Positions 42,537-51,669 of a stretch of DNA of 56,423 nt are shown here, piece by piece (position 1 is the stretch's first letter; every line of letters begins with the position of its first letter). A program made the translations under genes and the position numbers. Under the pieces are notes generated by a model. That model was not told the origin of the DNA. It was given only the letters and a program-made list of their open reading frames with translations, and did no database searches. The stretch is from positions 5,580 to 62,002 of the forward strand of contig PLYK01000050.1 of NCBI GenBank assembly GCA_003151775.1, written 5' to 3'. This DNA is from Geobacter sp. (GTDB taxonomy: Bacteria > Desulfobacterota > Desulfuromonadia > Geobacterales > Pseudopelobacteraceae).

Positions 42537-43813
42537 GCCTGATCCGGTTCGTTGCGTTCAACCTTGAAGCGCTCCACAACCACCAACAGCTCTTCCGCCA
42601 GTTTTGCCAGTTCGTTGGTGGCCAGGGCCATATCCTGCATGGCGGCCAACTGCTCTTCGGTGGCGGCCGAAACCTGCTCGGTGGCGGCGGCATTATCGCC
42701 GGCCACCTTGGCGATCTCGTCCACCGCTTTGACCATTTTGCCCGAACCTTCCATCTGCATCTGGGAAAGATCGGCGATGCTGTTGGCCCTGCGTTCGGTC
42801 TCCAGGACGGTCTTGAGGATCTCTTGAAAGGCCGTGGCGGTTACATCGATATTTTTCTTCCCTACCTTGATGGTGCGGGAACTTTCCTGGATGATCTCGT
42901 GCACCCGGCGGCTCTCTTCCCTCAGGCTTTCGATCGTCTCGTTGATATCCGCCGCCGACTGGGACGAACCGTCGGCAAGCTTGCGCACCTCGTCCGCCAC
43001 CACGGCAAAGCCCTTGCCGTACTCACCCGCCCGGGCCGCCTCGATCGAGGCGTTCAAGGCCAGCAGGTTGGTCTGACGGGCCACGTCGGCGATGAAATCG
43101 GCAATCCTGCCGACCTTCTGCAATTTGGCGCTGAAGACGTCGAACTGACGGCCGATCTTTTCCTGGCAGTCGAAAAAGTCCTTCATCCGCTCCAGGGAAT
43201 CGGTTGCCAGGCTGCCGCCGTGCTGGGCGGTGAGGCTCGTCTCCCGTGCCACCTTGGCGGTTTCCTTGGCGCGCGCGGCAACCAGCTCAATGGATACGGC
43301 TGTCTCGCGGATGGCCTTGGAGGTCCTTTCCACCATCTCGGCCTGGGTTTCGGCGCCGCGGGAGATCTGCTCGATGGCTCGGGCAACCTCTTCGGTTGAG
43401 GCGCTGATCTCCATGGCGTTGGAGTTGATCTCGCGCGCTGAATTGGTGAGCCTGCCCGAGGTCTTTTTGATGTGCCCCACCAGTTCGCGCAGGTTCTGGA
43501 GCATCAGGTTGATCAGGTCGGCCAGCTCATCGGTTTCGTCAGGCACCCGTGAGGGGGGCATGTCCACCGCCCGGGTCAGGTCGCCCCTGCTGATGGACTC
43601 GGCCGAGTCGGTCAAATGACTGATTTTGGCCGTAAACCCCCTGGAAAAGAGCCACCCCAGGATAAGCCCCAGGGTCAGCGCCATGGCATAAGACAGGATA
43701 CCGGATATCTCCGGCGAATACCCGAGGAGTGCCACCAGCCGGGGGCTGAAAGCCACCACTGCCACGACAACAATGAACCCAAGGATAAATTTATAGCCAA
43801 TAGGAATCCTCAT
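42533..43813 (-). CDS. Methyl-accepting chemotaxis protein lacking a periplasmic sensor domain
   Basis: Two TM helices with a short loop, [38 protein letters not shown]. Confidence 0.9.
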   Translation of the reverse strand: MRIPIGYKFILGFIVVVAVVAFSPRLVALLGYSPEISGILSYAMALTLGLILGWLFSRGFTAKISHLTDSAESISRGDLTRAVDMPPSRVPDETDELADLINLMLQNLRELVGHIKKTSGRLTNSAREINSNAMEISASTEEVARAIEQISRGAETQAEMVERTSKAIRETAVSIELVAARAKETAKVARETSLTAQHGGSLATDSLERMKDFFDCQEKIGRQFDVFSAKLQKVGRIADFIADVARQTNLLALNASIEAARAGEYGKGFAVVADEVRKLADGSSQSAADINETIESLREESRRVHEIIQESSRTIKVGKKNIDVTATAFQEILKTVLETERRANSIADLSQMQMEGSGKMVKAVDEIAKVAGDNAAATEQVSAATEEQLAAMQDMALATNELAKLAEELLVVVERFKVERNEPDQA

Positions 43814-44020
43814 AACGCCCCTCCGCCTGTAATCATCACGCACCGTTTACATCTGTATCACGAAGTCGCTTTCGGTGCAACCGCATGTATGGTGAGCTTG
43901 CGGATAAGGCATTCCTCTGGCAGGTTATTTGCAGTATCATTATCCTGTAAAAACTGCCGGGACAGGTCCGACACCACGGAGGGACTGCTCTCGAACGTCG
44001 CACAGGAGTTCGCAACTCAT

Positions 44021-44824
44021 ATGAACCAGCCTGCAAAAATTGCAGAGATAGATCAAAAAATGTCACACGAACTCCAGCGAGTCCTTGCGGCCGACAAGGA
44101 TGAGTTGTTTCAGGTCATGCGAGAATCCGGCGGAGAGGTTCTGCTGGCGGCCCTGCGCAATCGCTCCCTCGACGAGAACCACTTGCTGGCTCTGCTGAAA
44201 CGTCGCGGCCTGCCCGAAGAGATCTTTACCACCCTGCACAGCGGCAGACGTTTCAGCGAAAGCAACCCTCTCAAATTTGCCTTGGTCAGCCACCCCGAGA
44301 CCCCTTCGCATATCGCGAGCAGTCTTTTGCCGCAACTCAACGTCTTCGACCTCATCAAGCTCTGTTCCATGCCCGGCATAACCCCCGACCAGCGTCAGTG
44401 TGCAGAACGCATCATCATTTTGCGCCTCCCCACCCAGCCCTTGGGCAACAAGCTCACCCTGGCCCGGCGGGGAAGCGCGGCGATTGCGGAGGCGCTCCTG
44501 CGCGAGGGGCTGCCGCCGGTGGTGGATGCCTGCCTGGACAATCCGCACCTGAAGGAAGGGGCGGTTCACCAGTTCATCGTCTCCGCGGCGTCAAACGCCG
44601 AAACCATCTCTATGATCGCCCGGAGCGGCCGCTGGAAGGGCAAGCCCAACATCCGCCTGGCGATCCTCAAAAACCCCCGGACACCGGCCATCTGGTTTAC
44701 GCTGTTCCTGCCGGGTCTCCCAGCCGGCACGCTGCGGGATCTGCTCTTAGTACCGCGCCTGACGGGCATCCAGAAGGAACTGGTCCGGCAAGCCCTGAAA
44801 AGCAGGAGGGGTGGTAAAGCATGA
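44021..44824 (+). CDS. Hypothetical helical-repeat protein
   Basis: Long ORF with HPETP / NPHL / NPRTP repeats; start at 44021 or 44060; coupled to the next gene. Confidence 0.7.
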   Translation: MNQPAKIAEIDQKMSHELQRVLAADKDELFQVMRESGGEVLLAALRNRSLDENHLLALLKRRGLPEEIFTTLHSGRRFSESNPLKFALVSHPETPSHIASSLLPQLNVFDLIKLCSMPGITPDQRQCAERIIILRLPTQPLGNKLTLARRGSAAIAEALLREGLPPVVDACLDNPHLKEGAVHQFIVSAASNAETISMIARSGRWKGKPNIRLAILKNPRTPAIWFTLFLPGLPAGTLRDLLLVPRLTGIQKELVRQALKSRRGGKA

Positions 44825-45708
44825 TACGCCTGGTCCCGATCATTATGGCGGTCCTTCTCGTCTGGAACGCCCCCTGCGGGGCCGTCTCCTACGGCGTTGC
44901 CCGAAGCGTGACGCCGGTGCTGAACAGCCCGGCCTTCAGCGACATCTTCGGGGGGCCGGACGGCAGGTCCCTGAAGACCGACCGATGCGGCCAGGTACGG
45001 CAACTGGAGTTCATCGCCCTGCCGGGGACCGTCTTCAGGTTGCTGGGCAAGGTTCCTGGTTCCGCGACCACCGTCTACCGGGTGGAGACCGACGACTACC
45101 CCGCCCCGGACGGCATCTCGCTTTACGTGGACAGCCGCTTCATCGAACTTCGCGACGAGCGCCCCCCGGCACGCATCAGAACGCTGCCCACCCGTGAGCG
45201 GATCATAGCCGCGCTGAAGGAGGCCATCGGGAGCCCCTACGTATGGGGGGGCAACGTCCCGGAGGGGGTCAACGCCCTGATCGGAACGCTCTACCCTGCA
45301 GGGGCGCCGCTCGACGACAGGGCCAAACGGCTTATCACCCTGGCCGGAGTGGACTGTTCAGGGCTGCTCTATCAGGCCACCGGGGGGTGGACGCCCCGCA
45401 ACACCTCACACTTGGTTTCCTACGGCATCGGAGTGGCGGTGGAAGGGAAAGACGCGCATAAGATCGCTGAAAGTCTGAAACCGCTCGACCTGGTCGTCTG
45501 GGGCGGCCATGTGATCATCGTCCTGGACCGGAATACGGCCATCGAAAGCCGGCTTGCGTGCGGCCGGCCCGCCCATGGCGGGGTGGTGACCACACCCTTG
45601 CAACAGCGGCTGACTGAGCTCATGCGGTCCCGCCGGCCGGCGGATGCCTGGCCGGCCAAGGGGAAACAAGAGGGGATATTTGTGGTCAGGAGATGGTTCG
45701 GTATATAG
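44821..45708 (+). CDS. NlpC/P60 (C40) peptidoglycan endopeptidase
   Basis: Signal peptide, GSPYVWGG, GVDCSGL, GHV. Confidence 0.82.
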   Translation: MIRLVPIIMAVLLVWNAPCGAVSYGVARSVTPVLNSPAFSDIFGGPDGRSLKTDRCGQVRQLEFIALPGTVFRLLGKVPGSATTVYRVETDDYPAPDGISLYVDSRFIELRDERPPARIRTLPTRERIIAALKEAIGSPYVWGGNVPEGVNALIGTLYPAGAPLDDRAKRLITLAGVDCSGLLYQATGGWTPRNTSHLVSYGIGVAVEGKDAHKIAESLKPLDLVVWGGHVIIVLDRNTAIESRLACGRPAHGGVVTTPLQQRLTELMRSRRPADAWPAKGKQEGIFVVRRWFGI

Positions 45709-45711
45709 CTA

Positions 45712-46482
45712 CTACCTTTTGCGTGTTTTTTCCGGCACCGGCAGTTTCAGGAGCCGCAGCACCTGGGCCATGTCCTCCCAGACCTCCCAGAAGGGCCCGG
45801 AATCCGCCCGGTTGCGCAGGAGGTAGGACGGGTGATAGGTCGGCATGACCGGAACGCCGTGGTAATCGTGGAATTTGCCGCGCAGCTTTGAGATCGCCTC
45901 CTTCGTACCCAGAAGGGTCTGGCTGGCGAATCTGCCCAGCGCCACGATGACCTCGGGGTGGACAGATTGCAGTTGCCGCAGGAGAAACGGGGCGCAGGCG
46001 GCAATCTCGTCCGCTTCCGGGTCCCGGTTGCCCGGTGGGCGGCACTTGACTACGTTACAGATATACACCTCTTCCCGCTTGAGCCCCATGGCGGTGATGA
46101 TGCGGTTCAAGACCTGCCCGGCCTCTCCAACGAACGGCTCGCCCTGCAGGTCCTCGTCCTTCCCCGGCCCCTCGCCCACAAACACCAGCCGCGCCTGCGG
46201 GTTGCCCGTGCCAAACACCAGGTTCGTCCTCCCTTTCGCCAACTTGCAGCGTTGGCAGTCACCCAGGCTTTTCCTGATTTTTTCCAGGGATTCATGTTTC
46301 AGGTCGTGGGGCACAGCAACGGTCTCCGCCATTGCCGACGGCAGTGCTGCCGGCCCTTGCACTAAAAGGCGCGCCGCTTTAGAAACCACGGCATCAGGCA
46401 GGCCGTCCAGACCGCTTTCCTGAAGGGCCAGCAGGTATTCCCGCAGGGACGATGCCGCCACTGCCTTGAATGATTGAGCCAT
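45712..46482 (-). CDS. Family 4 (Fe-S) uracil-DNA glycosylase
   Basis: [33 protein letters not shown]. Confidence 0.92.
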   Translation of the reverse strand: MAQSFKAVAASSLREYLLALQESGLDGLPDAVVSKAARLLVQGPAALPSAMAETVAVPHDLKHESLEKIRKSLGDCQRCKLAKGRTNLVFGTGNPQARLVFVGEGPGKDEDLQGEPFVGEAGQVLNRIITAMGLKREEVYICNVVKCRPPGNRDPEADEIAACAPFLLRQLQSVHPEVIVALGRFASQTLLGTKEAISKLRGKFHDYHGVPVMPTYHPSYLLRNRADSGPFWEVWEDMAQVLRLLKLPVPEKTRKR

Positions 46483-46530
46483 CCTTCTACCTTTTATTAC
46501 TTTTGGCAATTAAACATCACAACCCATGAT

Positions 46531-46583
46531 GTAGGGGCGCTGCTTGCCGCGCCCCGATTGGGCGGAGCAAGCGCCGCCCCTAC
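46531..46583. repeat. GTAG-type REP doublet (REPIN-like)
   Basis: 53-bp exact inverted copy of 35401-35453. Confidence 0.85.
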
Positions 46584-46695
46584 CATTGATATGTTTAATT
46601 GCATCCGTAATATTGTATCATTTCCCATTATGGGGTAGCATTATGTTTCCGAACTGTACCAGTTCCTCCAAAGCCATGTCAAAGCGAAAGACACC

Positions 46696-47607
46696 ATGTT
46701 CCTATTAGCGCTGTTCACAACCATCTGCTGCGTGCTTGTCCCCGATGCGGCCCATGCCTGGGGTGGCGGCATCCATCTCCAGGCAGGCTTGAGCGTGCTG
46801 GCTGCTCTCGATACCCTGCCGCCCGACATCTCGGCGTTTTTGGCGGCATACCCCCGCGATTACCTTTACGGCTGCATCGCTGCCGATATCATAGTTGGGA
46901 AAAAATATACCCATTACCTGCTCAACTGCCATCGCTGGCGCATCGGACAGAAGGTGCTGCAGGCGGCCAAGAGCGACGGCGAAAAGGCCTGCGCCTACGG
47001 CTATCTCTCCCATTTGGCAGCGGACGGCATTGCCCACAACTATTTCGTCCCCTTCAAGATCATGCGGTCATTTGCCTCGGTGACCATGAAGCACGCTTAC
47101 TGGGAGATGCGTTTCGAGACCTTTGCGGACAAGGTGGTCTGGGAGCGGGCGCGGGAGATCTGCCGCTTTGACCAGCGCGCCAATGACGCCATGCTGCGCG
47201 GCGTTCTGACCAACACTATCTTTTCCTTCGGCACCAACAAGCGCATCTTCAACTCGATCATGCTCCTCTCAAGGCTGGAAAAATGGCAGAAGGTCATGCA
47301 GACCCTGTCGGACAACTCGCGATACACCCTGGCACAGAGCGATCGTGACGAATACATGACCCTGACCGAGGAGGCGGTCTTTGATTTTCTGCGTCATCCC
47401 AAAGATTCGGAATGCCTGCTTACGGACCCGACCGGGGAAAAAACCCTGGCTGCCGCGGATGCCCTGCGGAAGAACCTGCGGCTCTTGTATAAGAATGGGC
47501 GGATATCCAAGGCCGACGGTATGGAGCAGGTGGAATTGCTGAAGGACAAGCTGCGGCAGTCGCTGCGCAAGCCGGAACTCTTGAAGGGATTGCACAGCGG
47601 GTCCTAG
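46696..47607 (+). CDS. Zinc-dependent phospholipase C family protein
   Basis: Signal peptide then WGGGIH; GCIAAD; GYLSHLAAD..AHN; H..WE. Confidence 0.75.
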   Translation: MFLLALFTTICCVLVPDAAHAWGGGIHLQAGLSVLAALDTLPPDISAFLAAYPRDYLYGCIAADIIVGKKYTHYLLNCHRWRIGQKVLQAAKSDGEKACAYGYLSHLAADGIAHNYFVPFKIMRSFASVTMKHAYWEMRFETFADKVVWERAREICRFDQRANDAMLRGVLTNTIFSFGTNKRIFNSIMLLSRLEKWQKVMQTLSDNSRYTLAQSDRDEYMTLTEEAVFDFLRHPKDSECLLTDPTGEKTLAAADALRKNLRLLYKNGRISKADGMEQVELLKDKLRQSLRKPELLKGLHSGS

Positions 47608-48803
47608 CGACGTGTGGGAAGGCGCGAGACTACCTGGTCAAGGATGCGGTTGGCCAGTTCATCCTTGGACATCAGTGGGCACTCCTGCCTGGAGCCATCC
47701 CTGAAGAGCAAGAGCGCCCGATTGGTGTCCACATTGAAACCGGCATCGTTCAGGCTGACATCATTGGCCACGATCATATCCAGATTCTTTTCGGCAAGCT
47801 TTTGAACGGCATACTCCTCCAGGCGGGAGGTCTCGGCAGCAAAGCCCACCAGGAACGGACGTTTTTCCAGACGGCCCAGTTCCGCCAGGATGTCCGGGTT
47901 TTTGACCAACACAAGCGTCATCTCGGCAGACTGTTTCTTGATCTTGACATCTTTGCGCTCGGCCGGCCGGTAGTCGGCAACCGCCGCAGCCTTGATGACC
48001 ACCGTACATTCCTTGACCTGCGCCATCACCTGCGCCTGCATATCGCGGGCACTTTCAACGCATACCCGTTCGACACCTTTCGGGGCGGCAAGTCCGGTAG
48101 GGCCGCTGACCAGGATCACCCGCGCACCCCGCTCACGGGCTGCCTGCGCGATGGCATAACCCATCCTGCCCGACGAATGATTGCTGATGAAGCGGACCGG
48201 ATCGAGCTCCTCGCGGGTTGGCCCGGCAGTGACCATAACGGTCTGCCCTGCCAGATCCCTGGGCCTGATCGCCGCCACAACCGCTTCGAAGATGGTTTCC
48301 GGCGCAGCCAGTTTTCCTTCCCCTTCCCAACCGCAGGCCAGGGCGCCCTTTTCAGGCGGCACTAAGAGGTACCCGAGCCGGCGCAATTTTACCTCGTTTT
48401 CGCGGTATATCGGATTGGTGTACATGTTGACGTTCATGGCCGGGGCGATCAAAACCGGCGCCTTGGTTGCCATGACGGTGGTGGTGAGCATGTCGTCGGC
48501 GATGCCGTTGGCGATCTTAGCGATCACGTTGGCCGTGGCCGGAGCGATGACAAACAGGTCGGCGCGGTCGGCCAGGGAGATGTGCCCGATCTCCTGTTCG
48601 GCGATCAGGTTGAATAATTCGATGTGCACCGGATTGGCCGAAAGGGTCTGGAAGGTCAGGGGGGTGACGAACTCCTGGGCTGCGCGGGTCATGACCACAT
48701 GCACACAGGCGCCGGCTTTGGTTAAAAGGCGCAGCAGTTCCACCGCCTTATATACGGCGATGCCGCCCGTGACACCCAGCACAATCCGCATATCCTTCAG
48801 CAT
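47604..48803 (-). CDS. coaBC: Bifunctional phosphopantothenoylcysteine decarboxylase/ligase
   Basis: GVTGGIAVYKA, APAMNVNM, LACG, TAGPTRE.DPVRFISNHSSG, GFAAET. Confidence 0.95.
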   Translation of the reverse strand: MLKDMRIVLGVTGGIAVYKAVELLRLLTKAGACVHVVMTRAAQEFVTPLTFQTLSANPVHIELFNLIAEQEIGHISLADRADLFVIAPATANVIAKIANGIADDMLTTTVMATKAPVLIAPAMNVNMYTNPIYRENEVKLRRLGYLLVPPEKGALACGWEGEGKLAAPETIFEAVVAAIRPRDLAGQTVMVTAGPTREELDPVRFISNHSSGRMGYAIAQAARERGARVILVSGPTGLAAPKGVERVCVESARDMQAQVMAQVKECTVVIKAAAVADYRPAERKDVKIKKQSAEMTLVLVKNPDILAELGRLEKRPFLVGFAAETSRLEEYAVQKLAEKNLDMIVANDVSLNDAGFNVDTNRALLLFRDGSRQECPLMSKDELANRILDQVVSRLPTRR

Positions 48804-48816
48804 GGCATCATGGTCC

Positions 48817-49440
48817 TCAGAAGTAGGGGTTATGGCGCTTTTCATGGCCGATGGAGGTTTCCGGCCCATGGCCCGGATAGGCGGCCACGTCGTCCGGCAG
48901 GGTAAAGAGCTTGCTGCGGATGGATTCCAGGAGTTGGTCATGGGAGCCGCCGGGAAGATCGGTGCGGCCGATGGAGTCGGCAAACAGGGTGTCGCCGGTG
49001 ATTACTTTGTTCTCTTGGGCCAGAAAGAGACAGCATCCCCCAGGGGTATGGCCCGGCGTGTGCAACACCTTCATGCGGTGCGCCCCGAACTCGATCTCCA
49101 TCCCTTCCGCGAGAAAACCGTCAGCCGGAGGAGAGTTCTCGCTCTGGATGCCGTACATGCGCCCCACTTCGGCAACTCGATCAAGCATGGGGGCATCGGC
49201 TTGGTGGATCAACAGCGGCGCCCCGAACGCCGCTACCGCCTGACGGTTGCCGCCAACGTGGTCAAAATGCCCATGGGTGTTGATGATATACCGTATCGCC
49301 AGATCATGGCGCAAAACCGCCTGGATAATGCGCTCCACGTCGCCGCCCGGATCGACCACCACGCCTTCGCGGGTCTCGTCGCACCCCAGGATGAAGCAAT
49401 TGACCGACAGGGGGCCGACGACCATCATGTCAAATACCAT
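48817..49440 (-). CDS. MBL-fold metallo-hydrolase (glyoxalase II-like)
   Basis: THGHFDH, HTPGHTPG, GDTLF, PGHG. Confidence 0.9.
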   Translation of the reverse strand: MVFDMMVVGPLSVNCFILGCDETREGVVVDPGGDVERIIQAVLRHDLAIRYIINTHGHFDHVGGNRQAVAAFGAPLLIHQADAPMLDRVAEVGRMYGIQSENSPPADGFLAEGMEIEFGAHRMKVLHTPGHTPGGCCLFLAQENKVITGDTLFADSIGRTDLPGGSHDQLLESIRSKLFTLPDDVAAYPGHGPETSIGHEKRHNPYF

Positions 49441-49516
49441 TGTCTTTACTCCCGCTTGATTGACATCCGGCATGAAGCTGCTAAAATCCTCTCCAGGATT
49501 TCAGGAGGGGGTTGCC

Positions 49517-49702
49517 ATGAAACGGCCGGTTGTGGATCAGGAAAGTTGCATCAGTTGCGGCCTCTGCATTTCGACCTGCCCCGGGGTCTTTCGTTTCAAC
49601 AGTGCCGGCAAGTCGGAATGTTTCGACCCCTCCGGCGCGCCTGAAAAGGATATTCAACTGGCGATTGACGGCTGTCCCGTCCAGTGTATCAGTTGGGAAT
49701 AA
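49517..49702 (+). CDS. Monocluster ferredoxin
   Basis: CISCGLC...CP and distal CPVQCI; AGGAGG RBS. Confidence 0.88.
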   Translation: MKRPVVDQESCISCGLCISTCPGVFRFNSAGKSECFDPSGAPEKDIQLAIDGCPVQCISWE

Positions 49703-49726
49703 TCTCTCTCACAAAGGAGCATTGCT

Positions 49727-49885
49727 ATGGAACGTTGGATCTGCACCATCTGCCAATATGTCTATGACCCCGCCACCGGAGATCCCGACCGGGGCATCCC
49801 TGCCGGAACGGCCTTCGAGTCATTGCCCGACGGCTGGACATGCCCCCTGTGCGGCGCGGGCAAGGATGCTTTTGAAAAAGAATAA
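49727..49885 (+). CDS. Rubredoxin (52 aa, absent from the ORF track)
   Basis: [52 protein letters not shown]; AAGGAG RBS. Confidence 0.92.
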   Translation: MERWICTICQYVYDPATGDPDRGIPAGTAFESLPDGWTCPLCGAGKDAFEKE

Positions 49886-49941
49886 TACAGGCCAAGCGTT
49901 CACAGGCGCCTCGTGGGCTGCCAAAGCTACAATGCATATCC

Positions 49942-49965
49942 AAACCCTCCCTCGGGAGGGTTTTT
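49942..49965. terminator. Intrinsic terminator between convergent genes
   Basis: AAACCCTCCC-tc-GGGAGGGTTTTT. Confidence 0.7.
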
Positions 49966-50144
49966 CATTTTTTCTTGTCGGCAGGCTTGATGATGTCGAT
50001 CATCGTTTCGCCGGCCTCGATCTTGACTCGCCAGACAAGCCCGCATTCGCCGCACTCTTTGAGCGGCGCTTCGCCGGAAGAAAACCCGCCGGAATGCATG
50101 TCAAGATTCAACGATGTCCTGTTACCGCAATTTGGGCATTTCAT
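49965..50144 (-). CDS. Small zinc-ribbon protein
   Basis: MKCPNCG...KECGECGLVW; AGGAGG RBS. Confidence 0.75.
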   Translation of the reverse strand: MKCPNCGNRTSLNLDMHSGGFSSGEAPLKECGECGLVWRVKIEAGETMIDIIKPADKKK

Positions 50145-50204
50145 AGTTTGTTCCTCCTGGTATTCATTCTGCGCGTGCCGCCGGGCCATTGCAACAGGCG
50201 GATT

Positions 50205-51278
50205 TCAGGCCAGCTCGGGCATGATGCTGGTAATGGCGGCAAAGAGTTCCGCCAGATCATCACGGGTCATGTCACCCATGTGGGCGATGCGGAAGGTCTC
50301 TCCTTTTATCTTGCCATAACCGTCGTCAAAGGCAAACCCCTTTTCGGCCAGCTTCTTTTTCAACCCGTCCAGGTCGATCCCGCGGCTGTTGCGGGCGCAA
50401 GTCAGGGTTAGCGAGCAATATTTATGGTCGGGGAAAAGACCGAAGCCGCGGTCGGTCGCCCATTGACGGACATACTCGGCCATGGTGCGGTGGCGCGCCC
50501 AGCGCGCCTCGAGCCCTTCGGCGAAAATCCGCTCCAGTTGGCGATCCATGGCGAAAATCAGGGAAATACAAGGGGTGGAGGGTGTATTGTGTTTGGCATC
50601 GTTGGCGGCAAACTCCATGTAATCAAAGTAGTAGCCACGGCCTTCCATGGTTTTTGCCCGCTGGAGCGCCTTTTCGCTGGCAGTGAAGACAGTCAACCCC
50701 GGCGGCAGGGCGAAGGCCTTCTGCACTCCAAAGATGCAACTGTCGATACCGAGTTCATCCACCGGGATCTTCAGGGCGCTCATGGAGGAAACCGTATCTA
50801 CGATAAACATGACATCCGGGAATTTGCGCATTACCTCGGCGATTTCAGGCAGGGGTGACATCACGCCGGTTGAGGTTTCATTATGGATCATGGTCATGCT
50901 GTCGTATAAACCGGTAGACAAGGTCTGTTCGACCACCTCGGGCGTGACCGGTTTGCCCCAGTCGAACCTGACGGCATCGGCCTTTTTGCCGCAGCGGCGG
51001 GCGACATCGTGCCATTTATCCGAGAAGGCGCCGTTGCAGAAGTTGGCGCACCGCCTTCCCACCAGGTTGCGAATAGCGCCTTCCATGACGCCGAAGGCGC
51101 TGGAGGTGGCAAGAAAAACCTTTCCTTCCGTAAACAGAATCTTTTGCAGGCCGGATGTCACCCGTGCATGCAACTCGGCATATTCCTTCATGCGGTGGCC
51201 GATCATGGGGGTCGCCATGGCGGCGAGAATTTCAGGATGGACCGGCACGGGGCCGGGGATAAACAGCTTTTTGTACAT
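50205..51278 (-). CDS. Class V PLP aminotransferase (alanine-glyoxylate / serine-pyruvate family)
   Basis: FIPGP, HNETSTG, VDTVSS, QKAFALPPG, FRIAHMG. Confidence 0.9.
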   Translation of the reverse strand: MYKKLFIPGPVPVHPEILAAMATPMIGHRMKEYAELHARVTSGLQKILFTEGKVFLATSSAFGVMEGAIRNLVGRRCANFCNGAFSDKWHDVARRCGKKADAVRFDWGKPVTPEVVEQTLSTGLYDSMTMIHNETSTGVMSPLPEIAEVMRKFPDVMFIVDTVSSMSALKIPVDELGIDSCIFGVQKAFALPPGLTVFTASEKALQRAKTMEGRGYYFDYMEFAANDAKHNTPSTPCISLIFAMDRQLERIFAEGLEARWARHRTMAEYVRQWATDRGFGLFPDHKYCSLTLTCARNSRGIDLDGLKKKLAEKGFAFDDGYGKIKGETFRIAHMGDMTRDDLAELFAAITSIMPELA

Positions 51279-51446
51279 AAACTAAGTAACTCCCGATTTG
51301 TCGTGAGTAGCGTTATCCTGGCAAGCTAACAAAAGCCCTTGGCAAAGTCAAGGGCGCAACGTTTCAAGAGCCGTGAATTCGGCAGGTTAGGCCACCTGCA
51401 CTTCTTTGGTGCCGCATTATTGTTTCGGTTGTAAAATATCTGAATC

Positions 51447-51515
51447 GTAGGGGCGAACTGCTGTTCGCCCAAACAGGGCGCATGCCCAATCAGGGCGCAT
51501 GCGATGCGCCCCTAC
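51447..51515. repeat. Divergent GTAG-type REP doublet
   Basis: GTAGGGGCGAACTGCTGTTCGCCC...GGGCGCATGCGATGCGCCCCTAC. Confidence 0.75.
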
Positions 51516-51669
51516 ACCTGGATTTGCATATTTATTCGCAAAAAGCTTTAATCCGAAATGTATGTATACAGTAGCAATTTCCGTTGATTTAGAATCTTCT
51601 GTTGTGTAGTGTATAGTAAAATTATACACCTTATCTTCATTTAAACCAATGGTATGGAGGAGCACCGTC

